Source of the DNA: Antedon mediterranea | Taxonomy: Eukaryota > Animalia > Echinodermata | Direction: 5' to 3' | Length of the DNA stretch: 64,000 bases | Assembly: GCF_964355755.1 (NCBI RefSeq) | Contig: NC_092678.1 | Span: 19,547,365-19,611,364 of the forward strand | Shown: positions 60,424-64,000 of the stretch, one piece after another | How the letters are laid out: every line of letters begins with the position of its first letter | Numbering within the stretch: the first letter of the stretch is position 1 | The notes under the pieces: generated by a model | What the model saw: the letters and a program-made list of their open reading frames with translations, nothing else | What the model was told of the DNA's origin: nothing | The model's database searches: none | Program-made: the position numbers and the translations under genes

Positions 60424-62586
60424 ATTAGGTAAACTTTTACCCTTTTATACTATCACAAAGAATGGATAAAACATAGAACATTGAAGATTTTACACAGGTG
60501 CGATTGTTAAAGGGTAAATCAGACAAAAAAATGTGATGTCCATACTGAGTATATTAGACATGATAATGTCCTGTCTCACTACCATATTTGGGCACATCAC
60601 ACATATTTTGTCATGAACTAGTTTGATAGTGTGGACAGAGTTTAAAAGAGCCTATCTGAGTTCATCCCACAGTTTCTTGGCATAGTGTGAATAGAGAAAG
60701 CTCAGTTATTTTCTCTATACCCTTATATATAATTAACAGCTGCTTGCTTTTGTATTGTGGAAGAAATCTCATATACATTTATCATTGATTTGCCATCAAT
60801 CATTTTAGGTGGAAAGATGTGGCAGTACTCACTCACAATTTAAAGTGAATATGTAATATATTTAGCAAGCTTTTTGGGGGGTAATCATACAGACTGTCTT
60901 ATATTACAGTGACTTTCTTATTTAGTTTAGAGTGAAACAAATTTAAATCATACAGGTTTACTGCAGTAAAAGAATGTAGTTACTGCAATGACTACAGTAG
61001 AAAAAGGAGCTTTTAGTAAAAAACTAATTTCTATAGTGGATAACATAATATGGAAATATTATTGACTTTACTAAAGTAAAATAAAAATGTGTATTTAAGG
61101 GAAATATTTCACACACTGACTGGTCAATATTCAATCAATAACTATGTGAGGATACAGTATGTTAAGAGAAACAATTTTCTCTTTCAATGGCCACATACAT
61201 TTACTAATACTGGATCATTTATTCTTTCTACTGCAGTAACTATAGGTATATTCTGAACAATACTGAGCACGCTCACTACTAAATTTCAACGCATTTGCGT
61301 TTTGCTCTTATAATTGCTTCCCATCCTACGTATGATGAACGATCACGTAAAAAAACATGACAAGACTATACGAAAACTACTTTAGCTATCAACACAGGCA
61401 CGGTCGTACATCGTTATCCGAAGTGCAATTATTACGCAATATACACAGAAAGGCACTTTAGCTTTCTGATGATTTCCAGCTAATTGCCAATTACTCTACA
61501 TACACTCTGCACTCTAGAAATTGAAAATTATTTCTAAGGACTCGCAGTACTAGCTTTAAACTTTCCTTTAACCTTTTAAATTAATTGTTTATCAGTATTT
61601 TCTATTTAAAGGGGATGCTTTTAAATTTATTTATAATAAGAGGGTTTTATTTCTGTATGTATACACCAGTATAATTTTATTAAATTCTGTTGAAGGACAC
61701 TCAGTACCTTTAACCTTTAAGTTTTAAATTAATTGTTTTACATTATTTTTCTGTTTTAAAAGGGATCTTTTATGTTATGTTGTAGCAGTTTTTTTTGTAA
61801 ATTCTATTTTTGAAGAACACTTAGTATCTTAACCTTAAAGTTTTAAATTATTTGTTTTACATTATTTTTCTGTTCTTAAGGACTTTTGTATATTGTACCA
61901 GTGTAATTTTTATTAAATATTTAAGGACACGCAGTACCTTTAAGCTTTTAAATAAGTTATTCTAGTTTAGGAAGGAAATTTATTTTTACATGGTATCTAT
62001 TTAAATTTTTTTTTTTTATTCTGTATAAATATGCAAAAGAAAAACAAAACCGACACAGCGGTATCTATTTAATTTGTTGTATTTTGTAATATTAGCTATT
62101 TTGTTTTCAGCTCAAGTCTAATTTATTTTCAGAAGGTATAAGATATTTAATTGAATTTATAAAGCCACTAAACTTTTGAAAAAAATGTTTTATTTTGTTT
62201 TTCAGCCTGAATACTTTACTAGACAAGTTTAATTGATTTTCTATTCTTTTTTTCCATCGTTACTTTATTTTACAGTATTTTTTCAAGTTATTATTCATTT
62301 TTCGGTGTGAATAGGTATCTTACAGAACATGTTGAAATGCAAGAAACTCGGTTCATTCACAAATAAAAAGAAAAATTTGTATTCTTTTTTTAAACTTGTG
62401 CCAAAATACACCCTCTGTGGCAATATTTTGTCAAGTACTTCACTCAGTTTCTGAGTACTTTCATTACTATTTTATTATTTTTTTTTTATAATTAGAAAAC
62501 AATTAATGTATGGTTTACAATGGTTACACTAATAATTCTATAACTCGCACAAATTTCGAAATACAGTACTAGTAACTAGACTCTTA

Positions 62587-64000
62587 TCTATATATAAATT
62601 TACGTAAGGGCAAAATTCGGTAAATCGCGCCTTACTTCTATAATTTTTACTCGATGGTATATAAAGTTGGTTCGTACTTTCGGTACTGATTTTAACCACC
62701 TGATGTAACCCTGTTTACTAATTAAATTAAGTTAGATAATTAGTTATTGACGATTAAAACGAATTTAGGTTCAACGATTTGCCCCAAATAGGGGTGTTTT
62801 CCGATCGTGGTATACACTGTCTAATGGATGTCCATCTTGAAAAATACCCGCCACAAAAATGCGAGGAGGCTTCGCATTTTCCTATCTCCTCCTACGATAA
62901 TTGTTTTTAATAGCTGAAAACCGGTTGAACAGTTCGAGTACAGCATCATAATGTTGAAGACAGGCCGATTTTCTTTAAAAAATACTATTTTGATACATTT
63001 AATATACGTTTTTACAAATGTATTGATTTGTGATGAATGGAACATTCCAAATTATTTGGTGTAACCATACAGGTATAGATTTAGATTTATGGGCCCCCTT
63101 GGAGAATAAACATAAATAGTATTGCAATGCTGTACAATACTGTTAAGGTATTAACCTCTTTTGATCGCAATTTGAATCGCAAATTTCTTACTGTGAGTGT
63201 TGGTACTGTTAGATGTAATATAAAAATATATACAAATAAACTTTATTACTGTGAGTGTGGGTAGGCCCTACTGTTAGATTATAAACATATAATATACAAA
63301 TAAACATTCTAAATTATTTGGTTTAACCATAGAGGTATAGATTTAGATTTATGGGCCCCCTTGGAGAATAAACATAAATAGTATTGCAATGCTGTACAAT
63401 ACTGTTAAGGTATTAACCACTTTTGATCGCAATTTGAATCGCAAATTTCTTACTGTGAGTGTTCTGTTAGATGTAATATAAAAATATATACAAATAAACT
63501 TTATTACTGTGAGTGTGGGTAGGCCCTACTGTTAGATTATAAACATATAATATACAAATAAATAAACGTTATTACTGACAGTTGCTTCTCAACGTTTGTA
63601 TTAATTAATAATTTAAAAATATATAAACGTCGTAGTGGTGTATCGTTACATGTACTTTACTATTTCATATCAATCGACTATGACAGTGAGAGTTTTAACA
63701 AAGTACCGTATTAAATCGTAAATGTTTTACTGTATTTAGTGGTATATTATTTATAGGCCTATAAAACATTAAAAACAATATTTCGTTACTGAGTGGATAA
63801 GAATATATTTTAAAATGTTTCCTCTTTGTACCTATCTTCTTCCCCCATCCCTCAACCCTTAATGTTACATACAAAACACAAATTGGGTTTGTTTAAATGA
63901 GTCCAAATAAAAAAATTTGACTCATTTTGTTTTTCTCTCGGAAGTAATTCCCAGGGTGCTAATTTTTGTTGACTACATAAATCATTGTGTATATTTATTC
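62587..64000 (+). mobile_element. Non-autonomous Helitron copy 3 (3' end beyond the window; internal ~260-bp duplication)
   Basis: A^TCTATATATAAATTTACGTAAGGGC start; reverse complement of copies 1 and 2. Confidence 0.85.

Overview
AT-rich, intron-rich animal genomic DNA; the repeat landscape suggests a marine invertebrate, possibly an echinoderm (inference). Two convergent multi-exon genes were reconstructed by hand from GT-AG sites and frame continuity. The + strand carries a PLEKHG7-like DH-PH RhoGEF (about 3379-39264, 17 exons plus a candidate 24-nt Cys-rich microexon, about 833-841 aa). The - strand carries the 3' eight exons of IMP dehydrogenase (IMPDH, 60281 to 49256; the 5' exons are not seen and probably lie beyond the window). 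The IMPDH intron that follows the catalytic-Cys exon holds two notable elements. One is a frame-preserving 54/60-nt cassette exon with a downstream RBFOX (UGCAUG) motif, which would insert 18-20 aa into the catalytic loop. The other is an antisense nested gene for a signal-peptide, multi-pass membrane protein, split by a single +1 shift at UUU-UAA. The rest is introns and intergenic DNA with three non-autonomous Helitron copies, several MITE and SINE families, a palindromic ~198-bp satellite, minisatellites and apparent DNA-transposon excision footprints (TAGGCCTA, TACCGTA). All calls are by eye; no database searches were run.
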